A stretch of 63,399 nucleotides of DNA, the filler included, from Craspedostauros australis (taxonomy: Eukaryota): NCBI GenBank assembly GCA_030167865.1. It is 5 parts of 5 records of this genome, joined end to end, with 100 filler letters (N's around TTAATTAATTAA, not from the genome) between each part and the next. Parts side by side here need not be neighbours in the genome. Positions count along the whole stretch, not along the records: positions 33,544 to 57,022 come from JALAGF010002859.1; 4 more parts are not named here. One strand, 5' to 3'. Under the pieces are notes generated by a model. That model was not told the DNA's origin and searched no databases. It saw only the letters and a program-made list of their open reading frames with translations. Below, in pieces: positions 41,232-54,049 of this stretch (its first letter is position 1; every line of letters begins with the position of its first letter). The translations under genes were made by a program, and so were the position numbers.

Positions 41232-42734
41232 TCAGGCAGCGGCTTGGCGACCGAGGATCAGACGCTCTGCATACTCGTTGACTAGAAGTCCGAGCTGCCT
41301 GAAGTCTGCCATGTTGAGGTAGATCTGGGAGGACAGCCGAGTGTACACAGTGCCACTGCCAACCTCCAGCAACGGGCGGAAGTAGATGTTGTGATCCGCG
41401 AGGAGGTCCTCTGCCATCGTGCTTGCCATGGCAAAGTCATCGGCAAAAGGCGATGGCAATGGGATGTTGAACATGAAGGTTTCCATGTCATCAGGAACCA
41501 GCACCGCTACGTGCCAAAGATCCATCAGAAACGCCTTGGCGTCCAAGGCCAACTTTCTGCAATACGCGTGGATGGCATCGTCGCCACCCAGCCGGGAGCG
41601 GAATGACAACGCCGCGGACATGGAGATGAAGGCCGTGTAATCTCGGACGCTCACATAGGAGTACCGTTCACTCAACGGTGTGTGTGGGACCGGGTTCGCG
41701 CTGGAGATCACGGTTGGTTCTGGGAACAGCGGTGTGACGATCGATGCGTTGAACCACAAGACGGCGGAACCCTTGGGGCTGTACAGCCACTTGTGACCGT
41801 TGGAGAGGTAGACATCGATCGGGGCCATGTCGTGGATGCGGAGGGACGGGATCATCCCCATCGCATGCGCACCGTCCACGACCACCATGGTTTTTTCATT
41901 GAACGACTTGACCATCTGTGAGCATGCCTGGATCGGTTCCAACACTGCGGGGGCCGATGAAACATGGTCCAAGACGATCATCTTGAGGTCGGGAATCCTT
42001 CCAACCTTCGACAGCTGTTGCAGCATGTCCTCCAGGGGTGCAAGGAATGCATCATCGCCAACCGAATCCGCGATGGGAAATTGCACCGGAATCTCAACAA
42101 TATCCACTCCGTACACATCCTGCAACCAGGTGGCAGTGTTCTTCACCATGGCATACGCAACGCTGAAGTACGCGATGACATCTCCCTCCCTCCAATCATA
42201 CGATCGCAGGACCGAATTGACTGCGGTGCTGGCGCTCTCGACAAGCACCAGATTTTCAGATTCATCATGCATGCCATTGCCATTGCCATTGTCATCGTCG
42301 TTGTTGTTGGTATGAACGCTGAAATGCTGCTTCGACAGACCAAGATAGTGAGAGAGATCCCGTCTAGTGGAATTGACCAGGATACGGTAATCCCGGCGCA
42401 TCCACGGATCTGGCTTTTGCTCTTGCTGGTCGCGCAGATCGTCTTGGTGCTGCAGCACCGGCTTTGGACACGCACCGAACGATCCATGGTTGAAGTTGGT
42501 GTAGCCCAGCATGAACATGTTCTTGATTGCCGCGCTGCCGAATTCGACATGCTCCACGATGATCTGGTCAGATGATGCATCACCATCGGATGGGGGATGA
42601 TGATGAGCCGCGCGCAAGGCGGATCCATCCTTCGGCAACGACGGCAGCAAGAGAATGAGCAGGAGTGCGTGTACGAACACAACCATACTCGAATTCTTGC
42701 GATGGCGTTTGTGTCGAGGTTCAGTCGGATTCAT
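41232..42734 (-). CDS. Class-V PLP-dependent enzyme (L-cysteine desulfhydrase / isopenicillin-N epimerase / Egt2-like C-S lyase)
   Basis: NHGSFGACP, DHVSS, VDGAH, SNGHKWLYSPKGSA and RLSSQIY. Signal-like N-terminus from ATG 42686. Confidence 0.88.
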   Translation of the reverse strand: MNPTEPRHKRHRKNSSMVVFVHALLLILLLPSLPKDGSALRAAHHHPPSDGDASSDQIIVEHVEFGSAAIKNMFMLGYTNFNHGSFGACPKPVLQHQDDLRDQQEQKPDPWMRRDYRILVNSTRRDLSHYLGLSKQHFSVHTNNNDDDNGNGNGMHDESENLVLVESASTAVNSVLRSYDWREGDVIAYFSVAYAMVKNTATWLQDVYGVDIVEIPVQFPIADSVGDDAFLAPLEDMLQQLSKVGRIPDLKMIVLDHVSSAPAVLEPIQACSQMVKSFNEKTMVVVDGAHAMGMIPSLRIHDMAPIDVYLSNGHKWLYSPKGSAVLWFNASIVTPLFPEPTVISSANPVPHTPLSERYSYVSVRDYTAFISMSAALSFRSRLGGDDAIHAYCRKLALDAKAFLMDLWHVAVLVPDDMETFMFNIPLPSPFADDFAMASTMAEDLLADHNIYFRPLLEVGSGTVYTRLSSQIYLNMADFRQLGLLVNEYAERLILGRQAAA

Positions 42735-43477
42735 TGTCGTCCCGTTCGATGGTACCTTCCCAAAGGTTTAGGTCGTTGCTGGCTTGCTTGATTGCTTGCT
42801 TGCTTGATTGCGGGCATAGAGGATAGGATCATACGACGAGACTGATCTTCTCGTGCGCTGGAGTCGAGTGTTGGCGTGTCAAGGTGGTGTCGTGTGGATC
42901 CGCTTGCCATGCTTGTTGTCTCTCTTGGTCTTGTTCTGGTTCTGTTGGCTGCGCTGGGGCCGTATCCGTGTCGTGTTGATGTGCTCCTGTTGCGAACAAT
43001 TGAGTATCTTTCGCTCTCGAACTACTCACGAATCAATTTCTGTTTCAGTCACGGAAATCAGGAAAGAACACACAGTTGTTATCACTATTAGGCGCAAGTA
43101 CTTCTTTTCGTAGTTTCGGCGAACGCAGGCAGTTGGCCAAAACGATTCGCCGAATCCCGTGTCGGAGGAAACTTTGGTTTGTCGTTTCAAAATTCGTGAC
43201 ATCGTTCTTGTTTGTTGGTGGCAGCATTGGTTGTGGCGTTTCGTTGTGTTTCTACACGAATACGCGTACTCGTACGAGCAGACCAGAACAAAACAAGGCA
43301 GCATCCGTCTTTCGACAAGAAGTGGAACCAACTCCGCTCACTTGTGAGTTGCGAGTTGCGATACCCACACGACGAGCAAACATACGATCTGCCGGTTCAT
43401 TTTGTTGTCCAGGCACCAACCCACAAGAGCAGAAACGCATAGCAACAATCAGTGCAAGCAGTCGACCAGACAGCAAC

Positions 43478-45429
43478 ATGAAGCCGACCGACGTGGGAGT
43501 GCGACATGATGGCATCAGCCAGGTGCGCATCGTGACATCGACTGTGGATGCACCAGCACCTGCGCAGGCGGAGACGCAGACGCAGACGCAGACAGATGAG
43601 GATGGCTACAGCTACTCAGACGCGCACACGCTGGAAGCTCCCACCACAAGCGCGGAAGATGACGTCGAAGGAACGGCGTATGTCTCATCCTACGATACGG
43701 GTGGGGAGGAGTACGATGATGATGAGGATGAGGATGACGACGATGATGAGGATGATGACGATGAGTATGATCAGCATCATGATCGTGAGTACCGTGGACG
43801 GCGGGAGACGGACGATGAAGAAGACTATGATGGTGATTATGATGACGGCGATGATCATCGCTACACGAAGCACGACTATGCCGCGGATTACAACAAGGCC
43901 AGAGAAGAACCTGGAGTGCACGCCGGCCAGAGCAGCTCGTGGGAAAGCGAGGTCGATGATGTAGCTGTAGAAGAGAAGAAAGAAGATGGCAATCAACACA
44001 AAGACAACGGCGCAGGTAACAGTGACGACAACATCAACGGTAACGATGGCGATCGTCCATTTGATGAGGAAGGGCAGGACATTCAGCACGAAATTGAGGA
44101 TACAAACGCAAAGATGGCGCAGTACGATGATGGCATTGTGGATTATGGAGATGAATCGCCAGCCTCAGGACCCGGTCCAAACAGCCGCAGTGCTGATGCT
44201 GAATCGCCGGCCGATGTTGGGGCAGACTTGCTCTCCAACACGAGACAAGAGGAGGCGGGCAACGACAAGCGTATGGGACTGCGTGTTGCACCCACACGGC
44301 TCACTCGGCGTCTGCATGATGCCATCGCCGAAGCATTGTCCACATCGGAGGGCATGCGAAGCCCCGAGCTCGTGGCGCTTCTTGCCGAGTATGACCAGCT
44401 CAGCTTCAAGGTTCGACGTCTTGTGAAGAGCATGCAGAAGTACCACGCCGTGACTGCAGCCATGGATCGTACCAAGGAGGAGGTAGGTCATGAAGGTGTT
44501 CATTCCGGCGATCAATGCAAGTGGGCTGATGCTTCCATCGTATTTCAATGGTGTTCCAAGGTGCTTGGAACTGAGCAAGGATGAGTGAAGCTCAGCTGAG
44601 ATACCATCCGTCGACACCTTGGTTGGCATCTAGGATAGCCTGTGTTGATGGATCCCTGCGTCGAAATATTATCTGATTGCATTATTGTGCGTCCATGTGC
44701 ATCTGCGTGCATCTGTGCGCATCACACTCACATCCACATCCCGCCATTTTCTCGCTTCCACGACTGCATTGTCCACGATTGCATTGATCACAATCACCAT
44801 CTCTGCCACCGTCACTCACCACTAACTATTCACAATGCATCACGCAACATCAGTTCATCAACCACCTCGCCGTAATGTCCCACGGCACCCCCATCCACAA
44901 GTTCGTTGGACAGACAGAGGATAGCGATTCCCTGCGCGCCGTCAATTACTCGGTGCAGCGCCAGACGCGATTGAATGCAAACGACTTTCAGAAGGAGGTG
45001 CTGAAGTTCGCAATCCAGTGGGAAGATTACGTGCGGGGCAACGTAGATCCGCAGATCGAGAAGGTGACGGAGCTGCAGCGAGTTCGGGTGCACTACGAAA
45101 GCAAGCTGCCGACCTTGCGCGCCACCCATAACCGGCTGCAATCGGAGGGCAAGAAAATCAACCCCACGGACGCCCAGAAGTTGGAACGCAACGAGGCCAA
45201 GCTCAAGGCGGCATTCACGGAGCACGAGACGGCGGCGACGCATCTTTGTGCTTGGTTGGATGAGATCGTGCGCAACGGCATGGTGGATCTGCTGCCCATG
45301 ATGCTGAAGGCGATCGAGCTGATGAACAACCGCACCAGTATCGAGCAGCATGTGCAGCAGCAGCGTCTGTTCGATGCTTGCGAGGCCATGGATGACGTGG
45401 TGGAGGATTACACGCCGCAGGAGGCCTGA
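43478..45429 (+). CDS. Acidic N-terminus + BAR-like coiled-coil protein; exons 43478-44482 and 44854-45429
   Basis: Phase-0 GT-AG intron with ACTAAC branch site at 44821. Helical C-terminal domain (R.HYE.K...KL.RNE.KL..A). Confidence 0.65.
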
Positions 45430-45978
45430 ACGGGATGTTTCGATGCGGAGTACGGACATGTACTCTACAACTATGGTGCCTTCGTGAAACAGTGATATGT
45501 ATTATGCGTAGGAGGAAGAGTACTCTGCAAATAGTTGGAAGTGTGCAGAGACTGCAAAGCAAGATGCCGGCGGATGGAGTGAGCAAGAAGCACGAGTATT
45601 CAAGGAGCAAAATTTGGATGCCATGTACTGGAGGGAGTATGGTACACAAGTAGCAGACTGGTTAGGAGCTCTACTTGGTGCTCCTGTTGGATTATTTTAC
45701 CACATCAATAATGTGAGTGCATCGACAATACAAGTGAAAGCGTATACATTTATTATAAACCATTGGAATTCACAAGAGATTGCGAAATACCGCAAGGCAG
45801 ACAGATGGATCTACTTCCTCCACTTCCTCCATTCTTTGGTTGATGTTCGGAGAGCAGACTAAATTCGTATTGCTGTGCACGTCGTGAATTTTGTGGATAC
45901 TAAATCCTACTCCTCGTTTCATTCGGACTGCTGGTGCTGATGCCGACATGACCGACAGTAGCGCTGCTGCTGCTACAT

Positions 45979-47400
45979 TCAATCCTGCTCTTCCGTAATA
46001 GAAGCCTGCGGATCCTTGGATCGAAAGGAGGCGGCATACCGCTTGGCCACGCCGACCCCGAAGATGGTACGGCGGAGCTGCGCGCTCTGCTGGGACGAGA
46101 CGGAACCATCGTCATCTTCCGACGTTGTGACGCTGGTGTTGGAATCGATGGTGGATTGGACGCTTGGAGGCGCCGTGGCGCTATCGACCGTGGATGGGAT
46201 GGCGTTGGCGGCTGTACTTGGCGACGACTGCGCGGGTGGTGGCGTGGATGGCTTGGCGGGCAGCTGGTATTTCTTTTGCGTCGTGCCGCAGAAGATGTTG
46301 CGTCGGGAGGAGGATTGCGTGGAGGTGAAGCTGGCATCGCCATCCATGCTGTCCATGGATTTGGATCTGGATTTGGGAGTGAGGAGCGGTGGGCTTGATG
46401 CTAGTGCTGCTGGTTGGATCTGCTGTGTTTCCGGGATGGGCGGCGAAAGGACTTGCACCATGGATTTGGAAAGATCGATCGTCTCTGCAACTGGCTGCTG
46501 TTGCTGTGGGTCGGCGTGGGGATCGTTGGCGTCGTTGTTGTTATTGTCGTTGGACACCATGGCTCCATCTGTGATGGTGATGCCGCCCGACGATTCCGTC
46601 TTTGCCATGTCGACGGTGGAATCCATTTTGGCAGCAGCGTCAGCTCGTTGATCTTGTGCAAGGTCGCTGTCTTCCATTTTGTTGGGAATGTGCACGTAGT
46701 CCCAGCCCATCTCAGCCTCCTGCTTGGATGGCTGCGAAATGGCTGGCACGTCATCGCTGGGATCACCAGCGTTGGTCATCACCTTGCCATCAGCAGCATC
46801 AGCAGCTGCAGCTGCGATGTCGTCTTCCGTGTTCGATTCTGCGGAGGCCGAAGTCGGAGCATTCTCCTTGTTGCTTCCTTCAACAGCATCATCAGTAGTA
46901 GTGGTAACAATATTGTCGGGCTGGTGAGCGTCAACGTTTCTGCTGCTGAATTCATTTGCGCTGTCGTTGGGTTGAGAAGGAGATTCGAGTGTTGGCTGTG
47001 ATGCGGCAACCATGTCTGGAGATTGGGGCGGCGCAGCTGCGCCCTGCGTCGACGCTGCGACCATGGCTTCATCATTGTCATCGTTGACGTCATTGGTGGT
47101 TGCCTTGTCGTCATTTGGTTCTTCAATCCCACGTGCCGAAGTCGCAAGCGATGATGCTGAGTTGACATGGGATTGCTCAGATTGTGGCGTCTCCTTGGCA
47201 TCAGTATTGTTGCTGCTCTTGCTGTTGTCGACCTCGATGGCAAAGATGGTGTTGCTGGCATCAGCAATGAGCTTGGGCAAGTCCACCAAGTCCTTGTTGC
47301 TGTAGAGCCACATGCCCACCGATGACACTGCCGCGACGGCCAGCGTCGATGCCACCATTGACAGCGCATCGCCGCCCTGGGAAGGTTGCGACGATCTCAT
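45979..47400 (-). CDS. Hypothetical low-complexity protein with N-terminal membrane anchor
   Basis: Long ORF; TM-like VASTLAVAAVSSVGMWLY followed by an S/D/A-rich region. Confidence 0.6.
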   Translation of the reverse strand: MRSSQPSQGGDALSMVASTLAVAAVSSVGMWLYSNKDLVDLPKLIADASNTIFAIEVDNSKSSNNTDAKETPQSEQSHVNSASSLATSARGIEEPNDDKATTNDVNDDNDEAMVAASTQGAAAPPQSPDMVAASQPTLESPSQPNDSANEFSSRNVDAHQPDNIVTTTTDDAVEGSNKENAPTSASAESNTEDDIAAAAADAADGKVMTNAGDPSDDVPAISQPSKQEAEMGWDYVHIPNKMEDSDLAQDQRADAAAKMDSTVDMAKTESSGGITITDGAMVSNDNNNNDANDPHADPQQQQPVAETIDLSKSMVQVLSPPIPETQQIQPAALASSPPLLTPKSRSKSMDSMDGDASFTSTQSSSRRNIFCGTTQKKYQLPAKPSTPPPAQSSPSTAANAIPSTVDSATAPPSVQSTIDSNTSVTTSEDDDGSVSSQQSAQLRRTIFGVGVAKRYAASFRSKDPQASITEEQD

Positions 47401-48439
47401 TGTCGAGTGAGAGTGTGCCAGAGTGTATGAAATGCCGGGAGTGGCGTTGCTTGGAAGAGTGGAGGGCGAAGAGGTCGTCTCTGGAGGAGGAACCGAAGGA
47501 AGGCAAGAAGGAATCGATGAATGAATGTCCACTCGCTTCACAGATTTATGAGAGCACTTGAGATGGTGCTGATCGCAGTTGGAGTGAATAGTCGTAGCAG
47601 AGCATTAGTCGGTCGTATTGTAATCTATTACTCTATTGATAGTCGTAGCTCGTCCGTGTACCTATGAGAAGCATCAATGCTGGAGCCAGAGTGCAGGTAT
47701 GAATGATGACCTTCGCTTTGTCTCTCTTCCTCCGCTGCGTTGTTGTCTCTGCTTGTGACTGCAAGATGCATGTCCCCACACGAGACAGACAGCCCCAGTG
47801 TCCGTGTCAGAACGGAACGGAAGCAAAGTGGCGCAACGCCAACGCGTTCGGGGAAAGAAGATTCTGTCTCCATTTCACGTCGCGTTGGATGCAGACGACA
47901 CGCACACTCAACGAACCAGACACGACGTGTCACGCGGCCAAAGATGCGAGTACTCCTCAGCGCCTTTCTGGTTGGATGATGCACGTCAACTGTCTTGTTG
48001 GCATTCTGTCACGTCGTCATCTGAAATCATGTTCTTCTTGGTCAAACGGAGAAGCGTGAGTGCCAGATTGTGGACCAATTGGACTGACACATCATATGAC
48101 TCATTCGACCGCATAGAAGTTGACATCAAGGCTTCGTGATGAGAACACCATGGAACAGAGAAGAAAGATGTGTCACAACTGCCTCTTCTTCATGTGCGAA
48201 AACCAAAAACACCAACTGCCTCCGGAGCTGGGGTCATCGCAACTCACCGCCTTCACACAAGAAGAGTGAAAGAGGAGACATCAAAGACAGAATCCAAACA
48301 ACAACAACGGTCACAACCTCAAACAGGCATCAGTGCTTGCATTGCACAACACAACAATAGGCCGCACATCACACAAATACAACTACAACTACAACGACCA
48401 AAAGCAAGCGTAATATTATTAATACTCGAGCTCGTCATC

Positions 48440-49342
48440 ATGTCAGAAACTGAAGCTCTCCCCAAGGTGATCGTGGTCGGATCCACGGGATACATCGGCA
48501 AGGCCACGCTGCAATCCTTGGTGGCGCGTCATGGATCCAAGGTCCAGATCTTCGCAGGCACGCGCAATCCCGACAAGTTCGACGCCAAGGCCGTTTCAGA
48601 GGGCATCGCAGGCGTCGTCAAGACCGATCTCAATGACAAGGAGTCGCTGACGCAGGCTCTCGAGGGTTTCGATGCCGCTTACCTCGTCATCCCGGGTGTC
48701 CAGAACCGCGAGGAGGTCGGCATGAACGGTCTCGACGCTGCCAAGGCCGCCGGCGTCAAGTTCGTCCTCCTGCTCTCCGTCCTCACCGTCGGCGAGAAGG
48801 ACAGCATCTTCGGCAAGCAATTCATCCCCCTCGAGGCCAAGGTGAAGGACCTCGGCGTCCCGCACGCCATCGTCCGGCTGCCGCTCTTCATCGACAACCT
48901 CTTCGCCGCCATGGGCAGCATCAAGGGCGAGGGCGTCATGTACGATCCGCGAGATCCCACCAAGCCCCACACTCCGGCCACCATCACGGACATCGCCAAG
49001 GCGTCGGCTGATATCCTCGCCAACCCGGACAAGCACGACGGCAAGGCGTACGACATCGTCTCGCCGCCCTACAGCGTGAACGATCTGGCGGCCGCCATGA
49101 CGAAGGCGCTGGGCAAGGAGATCAAGGTCGTCACGGTGCCCTACGAGGCCGCCAAGAAGGGATACATGGATTCCGGCCTGCAGGAATGGCAGGTCGATGG
49201 CATCATGGAGCTCTTCCATCTCATTGATGCTGAATCCGCGGCAACCTGCACGACCAACTTGGGAGACGTCGAAGCCGTGACAGGTGAAAAGGCGATCACG
49301 ATGGAGCAGTGGGTGGAGCAGAATGCGGTCGCGTTCAAGTGA
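48440..49342 (+). CDS. NmrA-like NAD(P)-binding (atypical SDR) protein
   Basis: VVGSTGYIG, AAKAAGVK..LLS, RLPLFIDN, DIAKA.A.IL and HDGKAY. Strong C/G third-position bias. Confidence 0.88.
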   Translation: MSETEALPKVIVVGSTGYIGKATLQSLVARHGSKVQIFAGTRNPDKFDAKAVSEGIAGVVKTDLNDKESLTQALEGFDAAYLVIPGVQNREEVGMNGLDAAKAAGVKFVLLLSVLTVGEKDSIFGKQFIPLEAKVKDLGVPHAIVRLPLFIDNLFAAMGSIKGEGVMYDPRDPTKPHTPATITDIAKASADILANPDKHDGKAYDIVSPPYSVNDLAAAMTKALGKEIKVVTVPYEAAKKGYMDSGLQEWQVDGIMELFHLIDAESAATCTTNLGDVEAVTGEKAITMEQWVEQNAVAFK

Positions 49343-50309
49343 TTTCCGTGTTGATAGCGGGACGCTAACTCGCACAATAGATGGCTGATTGCATGCGTAC
49401 AAAGGTTGGAGACATGGATGGTGGCATGGATGGATGGAAGTGCATGGCGCGGCAGTGCGAACAACAGATACCAGAGGAACAGCGTGATTGGAGGGACAGC
49501 CGCAATAGCCATCGCAAAAGCAACGGTATCAGCAACAACACAATGGTGGCATGCAACAATTGGCGTGTTACGATATATTATAGTCGTATGCATGTTTAGG
49601 GCAATTGAATGCTCATACATTCGTTCATGTAAGCCGTCATTTGACAATGCCATGGTTGTTCTGATTGGATCTGTGGTACTCTACGTCGTTGGAGTGCAGG
49701 GAGAATTGAAAGTCATGCAGCATGTTCATGTTCATGTTCATGTTCCTATCATCCATTTCTCTAGCTGTGTGGACTTGGATAGACTCCAGATTTGTCGAAG
49801 GCAAGACGTTGCAGAATCGCCACAAGCTGTGACACATGCAAGATGTCAGCAGATGGCGTCGCCAACTGGCAAATTTGCAAACATGAAGATTTCGGGCATC
49901 GACCGACCTGATCGATCTGAGGTGCGCAAAAATCCAATCGGAACTCACAACAAAGCATGGATTCGATGCGAACCGGGTTCATTGCATCGTCCGCCTCACA
50001 CAACAAGATACTCGTGGACAGGAGACAGGCAAATACAATCTACGGAAGCTGCGGCGGCGATCTTTGGCAAGAGAGAGACAGTGTCCTTCCGTTGATTTGT
50101 GATCACCACTATTGTGTACTCGTGGAGACGCAAAGCAAGAGACGGCGGCATCACCTCCCGTAGTCGATGCACCTCTTCGTCCTTTGTGATCGATCAGAGT
50201 GGACAGCCAGAGTGAACGGCCAGAGTGAACGACCAGAGGCAAGAGCGGCAGTGAAAGGAACTGAAATCACAGCACTTTCATCACTTTGGAATAGAGCAGA
50301 GTACTCCGC

Positions 50310-53300
50310 ATGAAGATGAGGTTCAGGCTGAACACCTCTTTGCCGATTCTGGGCACACTGTGGATGGCAACACATTCGCAGATTGGTTGCGGAACGGGAT
50401 TTACCATCCCGTCGCCAGCAACAACGAGAACAAGAGCAAGGACAACATCTGAACAGATCAGAGTCGTTGATGCGTGGAAGTACCATCCTCTTTTGCCATT
50501 TCGTTCTGCAACAACCAGATTGCATCACAACAGCGGCAGCTCGGCCATCAATCCCTCAGCGCCTCCTGTTGTGTCGGATGATGGCGCCACGAACATTGGT
50601 GGTAACGCCCAAAACGATAACAACAGCAGCATTGACGATGTCTCGGACACCAGAATACTCACAGCGGAGGCGACGGCTTCGTTGCCGCAACACGTCAGCC
50701 GCATCACTACCATTCGCTGTAACAACCTCGGCGGTGCCAAAGCCAAGGACGGCTCTCACATTGAGGTGCGGATGGACGGGCATGGAATGGAAGAGGCGAC
50801 AGACACAACCCCTAACAACATGATGACGATGGTGGCGGTCACGGGAGAAACCGGATCTGGAAAGTCGCTCTTGGTGTCAAAGGCGGCTGACTTGATCACT
50901 GGTGGGAAGGTGGCGTCGTCCTTGTTGAATGGCAACATTCCGGATAGCATAGCAACACCTGAAGATGGCAACAGCGAGGAAGCATCTGTTGAAATTGGTA
51001 AGTGTGTGCCACCCAGATGTCCAATACACCATCTCGTTGCCTTGCATCTCATGTGAGTGATGCTTCCACTTGTCTTGTTCACTCAACTTCTCCCATGGAT
51101 TTCATTGTATCATATGTATTGCACACTCATCAAATGCATTTGCCACTGACCGCACATCCTGTTGTCTTGGTCATGGATCAAACTCCTTCGAATATGCAAT
51201 ACCAATTTAGAAATGGAGCTCTTCCGTCCACACCTCGACATTGCTCGGATGCATTTGCAAAGAGCAGGCATCGATGATACAGCATTGCTCGGCGATGATC
51301 CAGCAAGGGCGACCATAGCATTGAAACGAAAGCTGGTGCAGCAGATAACAGCTGTGCGACGAAGAGATGGCAAAGCGGGATTGGCATCCGCGACGAAGCC
51401 ACGCATCAAATCTATCTGCGAAATCAATGGGCAAAGCGTCACATTGAAACTCCTCAAGGCCATCAGCACGCGCTTGCTGGCCGTCGTCGATGCTCCTGCT
51501 GCCTCCAATGCCCTGTCGCGGCCCAAGGCACGCATGGCCATGATCGACACCGCGGTGCCCTCCAAAGTCCTCGTCCGCACCAGCAGGCTGCGGTCGGTGT
51601 ACAACAAAGCGCACAAACAGCGCAAGGCCTTGGAACGGGAACTCGCACGCAGAACTCTGCCTGTCTCCATGATGTCAACGTCGCAAGGTTCTGGATCTAC
51701 CGACGGCGTCGACGACGATCAAGACATCGAACTGCTGCGCCATTGGGTCGACGAGATGGATGACTTTGAGACGAAGATAACAGCCTTCTGTGCCTCCTTG
51801 ACATCAGGTTCCAGCGACGGCAGCCAATCATCGTTGCTGACGTCGAGTCTTCATGTGCTGACCGAAACGTCATGGATGGATAGCGTGTTGGATGGCGATC
51901 AGGACGATTCCTCCGATGCACCATTTTCGTCCACCATGTACCAGTCGATACTGGACGTTTCCGACGGTCTCAAGATCATCGACGATCAGATCTCCGCCGC
52001 AGAACAGGCGTACGAAACGCTCGCATCGCTGTCGTCGCCAACGTCGGCGTTGACGCAGTTGGAGAAAACCAGAGATTTCCTTGTGGATGCCGCTGGCGCG
52101 GATGATTATACCAATTCTGCAACTACCGAATCGGCGGAAAACAAACTGATCGCGTCCGCAGAGCAATCGCATCATCTTCTGAATCAGGTGGAGGATGCGC
52201 TAGCTGCGTGCGCCAGACATTTGGATGATGACACCAAAGGTTTGATGTCGCTGCTGAGGGATGAGCGCAGCGCGTGCCCGTCGACGTCAGATGAAGTGCA
52301 TGGCATGATTGCGGAATGGAACCAGCTGGCACGCAAGCACGGTATTTCATCGTACCTGCTTCCGGCGTGCCATGCCACCTTGCGACAAGAGCTGGATGGC
52401 AACGTCCACGCACGCACGCTGCTGCCCAAGGCAATCCAAGCAGAGGAGAAGGCAAAGAAGGAGTTGGAAGAGGCGAGTAAGGTGCTGTCCGATTGTCGAA
52501 CGCAGATCGCAACTCGTTTGTCGCGCTCCATCACGCAACGATTGCCGATGCTGGGCATGGATGGGTCGGTGTTCGAGGCGCGCATCGATCCACACGCCCA
52601 ATCCTGCATCAGCTCTTCAGGTATCTTGGGAACGGATGGCATAGACTTTATCATTCTCCATCAGCGAGATGGCGCGGTTGCAAGGAGCTCTGATCGTAGC
52701 AATGGCAGCGCTATCGATGGCAATGTCGCCATTGCTGCAAGTCTTGATACTGCTGATCCGAGCAACCCAAGCAGCGCGGAAATGGATGGACGCGGAGGGA
52801 AGATCGATCAGGTTGCGAGTTCCGGTGAAAAGGCCAGGATACTGTTGGCGATCGAATGCGAAATCCCAGGCTCGGTGGGTTCTTTGTGCCGATCATCCAC
52901 AGGCCGTGCGCAGAAGGCAACGGGCCGAGCAGAAGCGGAGGGTGACGACAGCAAAAACGGTGCCGTCACGCCGTCAATACCACCGGTCGCCGTGATCTAC
53001 GACGAGATTGATGCTCACGTTGGCGGTCGTGCAGCCGTGTCGCTGGCGGACATGCTTTCCGATCAGTCCCGGGCCTGTCAGGTGGTGAGTATCACGCACA
53101 GCCCTTCGGTGGCGGCAGTCGCCGATGTTCACATCGTGGTGCAGAAACGGCATTCTGCAGATGGCGGAACAGGTGCGACGAGCACCACCACCACTGAAGC
53201 AACCAGGGTGGCCGGTTCCAGCAGGCTCGAGGAAGTTGCCAGGATGGCATCCGGAGACCTGGCATCCGAGGAGGCCTTGGCATTTGCGGACGCGCTGATC

Positions 53301-53354
53301 CGGCACGGCGCCACGACACGAAGGAGCAAGCAGATGGACGACAAATCACTATAA
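50310..53354 (+). CDS. recN: RecN-like SMC-family DNA repair ATPase with organellar leader; exons 50310-50997 and 51211-53354
   Basis: Walker A VTGETGSGKSLL, ING..V, LARKHG, signature VASSGEKARILLA, Walker B IYDEIDAHVGG, ITHSPSVAAVAD.H.VV.K and RLEEVARM. Phase-1 intron. Confidence 0.88.
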
Positions 53355-54049
53355 GAGCAGGAGTTATTGTACTACGCCATGCTACCTTCTATTGCAGAGT
53401 ATACTTGTGCAAAGATCGTACGAGCGACAGAGTCTATGACAGCACATGGTAGCTCGCACGAGTAGGTACATTAGCAGACACTGCTCTAACCCACTCTGTC
53501 TTGCTCTGACGTACGAGTTACTCCATCAGAATCGCGCAGCTCCCAAAGGATACTACAGCACCTGCATCCAGTGCCGTCCACGATTATGTAATACGAGCAG
53601 CGCACTGTTCCTGAGTATTCTGGTATGCATGGTACCACACCCCACCTCAGAGTTTGGACGGTGCGAAGTGGGTCGCGTCGTGGGGCTTGCGCAGCCGTGA
53701 TCAAGCGGCCAATACTCGCACAATCGCGGCGATGAGATTGCAAAGTGCCAGAGCAAGTGGAGCCGAATAGCCTGGCATTCCGCATCCACTGCGTCGCAGT
53801 TCATTGCATGCTGCTTGTCGTTGTCCCCCTTGGGGACCGCCTTGCGATGGAGAAACCTAGTCATACTCGTATCGTGGAGTACCCACAACACTTGATGAGG
53901 AGCTCGAACAGCAACCATGAAGCGGGCATGTCAATTCCATTTGAGTCATTCGCTCCATTCTTTCGTTCTGTCATCTGTTCTTTCGAGAGAGGCAGGTCAT
54001 GCTCAGTCGACATCTACCAATTCATTCACCTGTCAATCCATGCGTTGAG

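Noticed and set aside
48596..49402. 268-aa minus-strand ORF opposite the NmrA-like gene
   Set aside because: Antisense shadow caused by high GC3.
50310..53354. recN/argJ as evidence of bacterial contamination
   Set aside because: Both have spliceosomal introns and targeting leaders and sit among eukaryotic genes.
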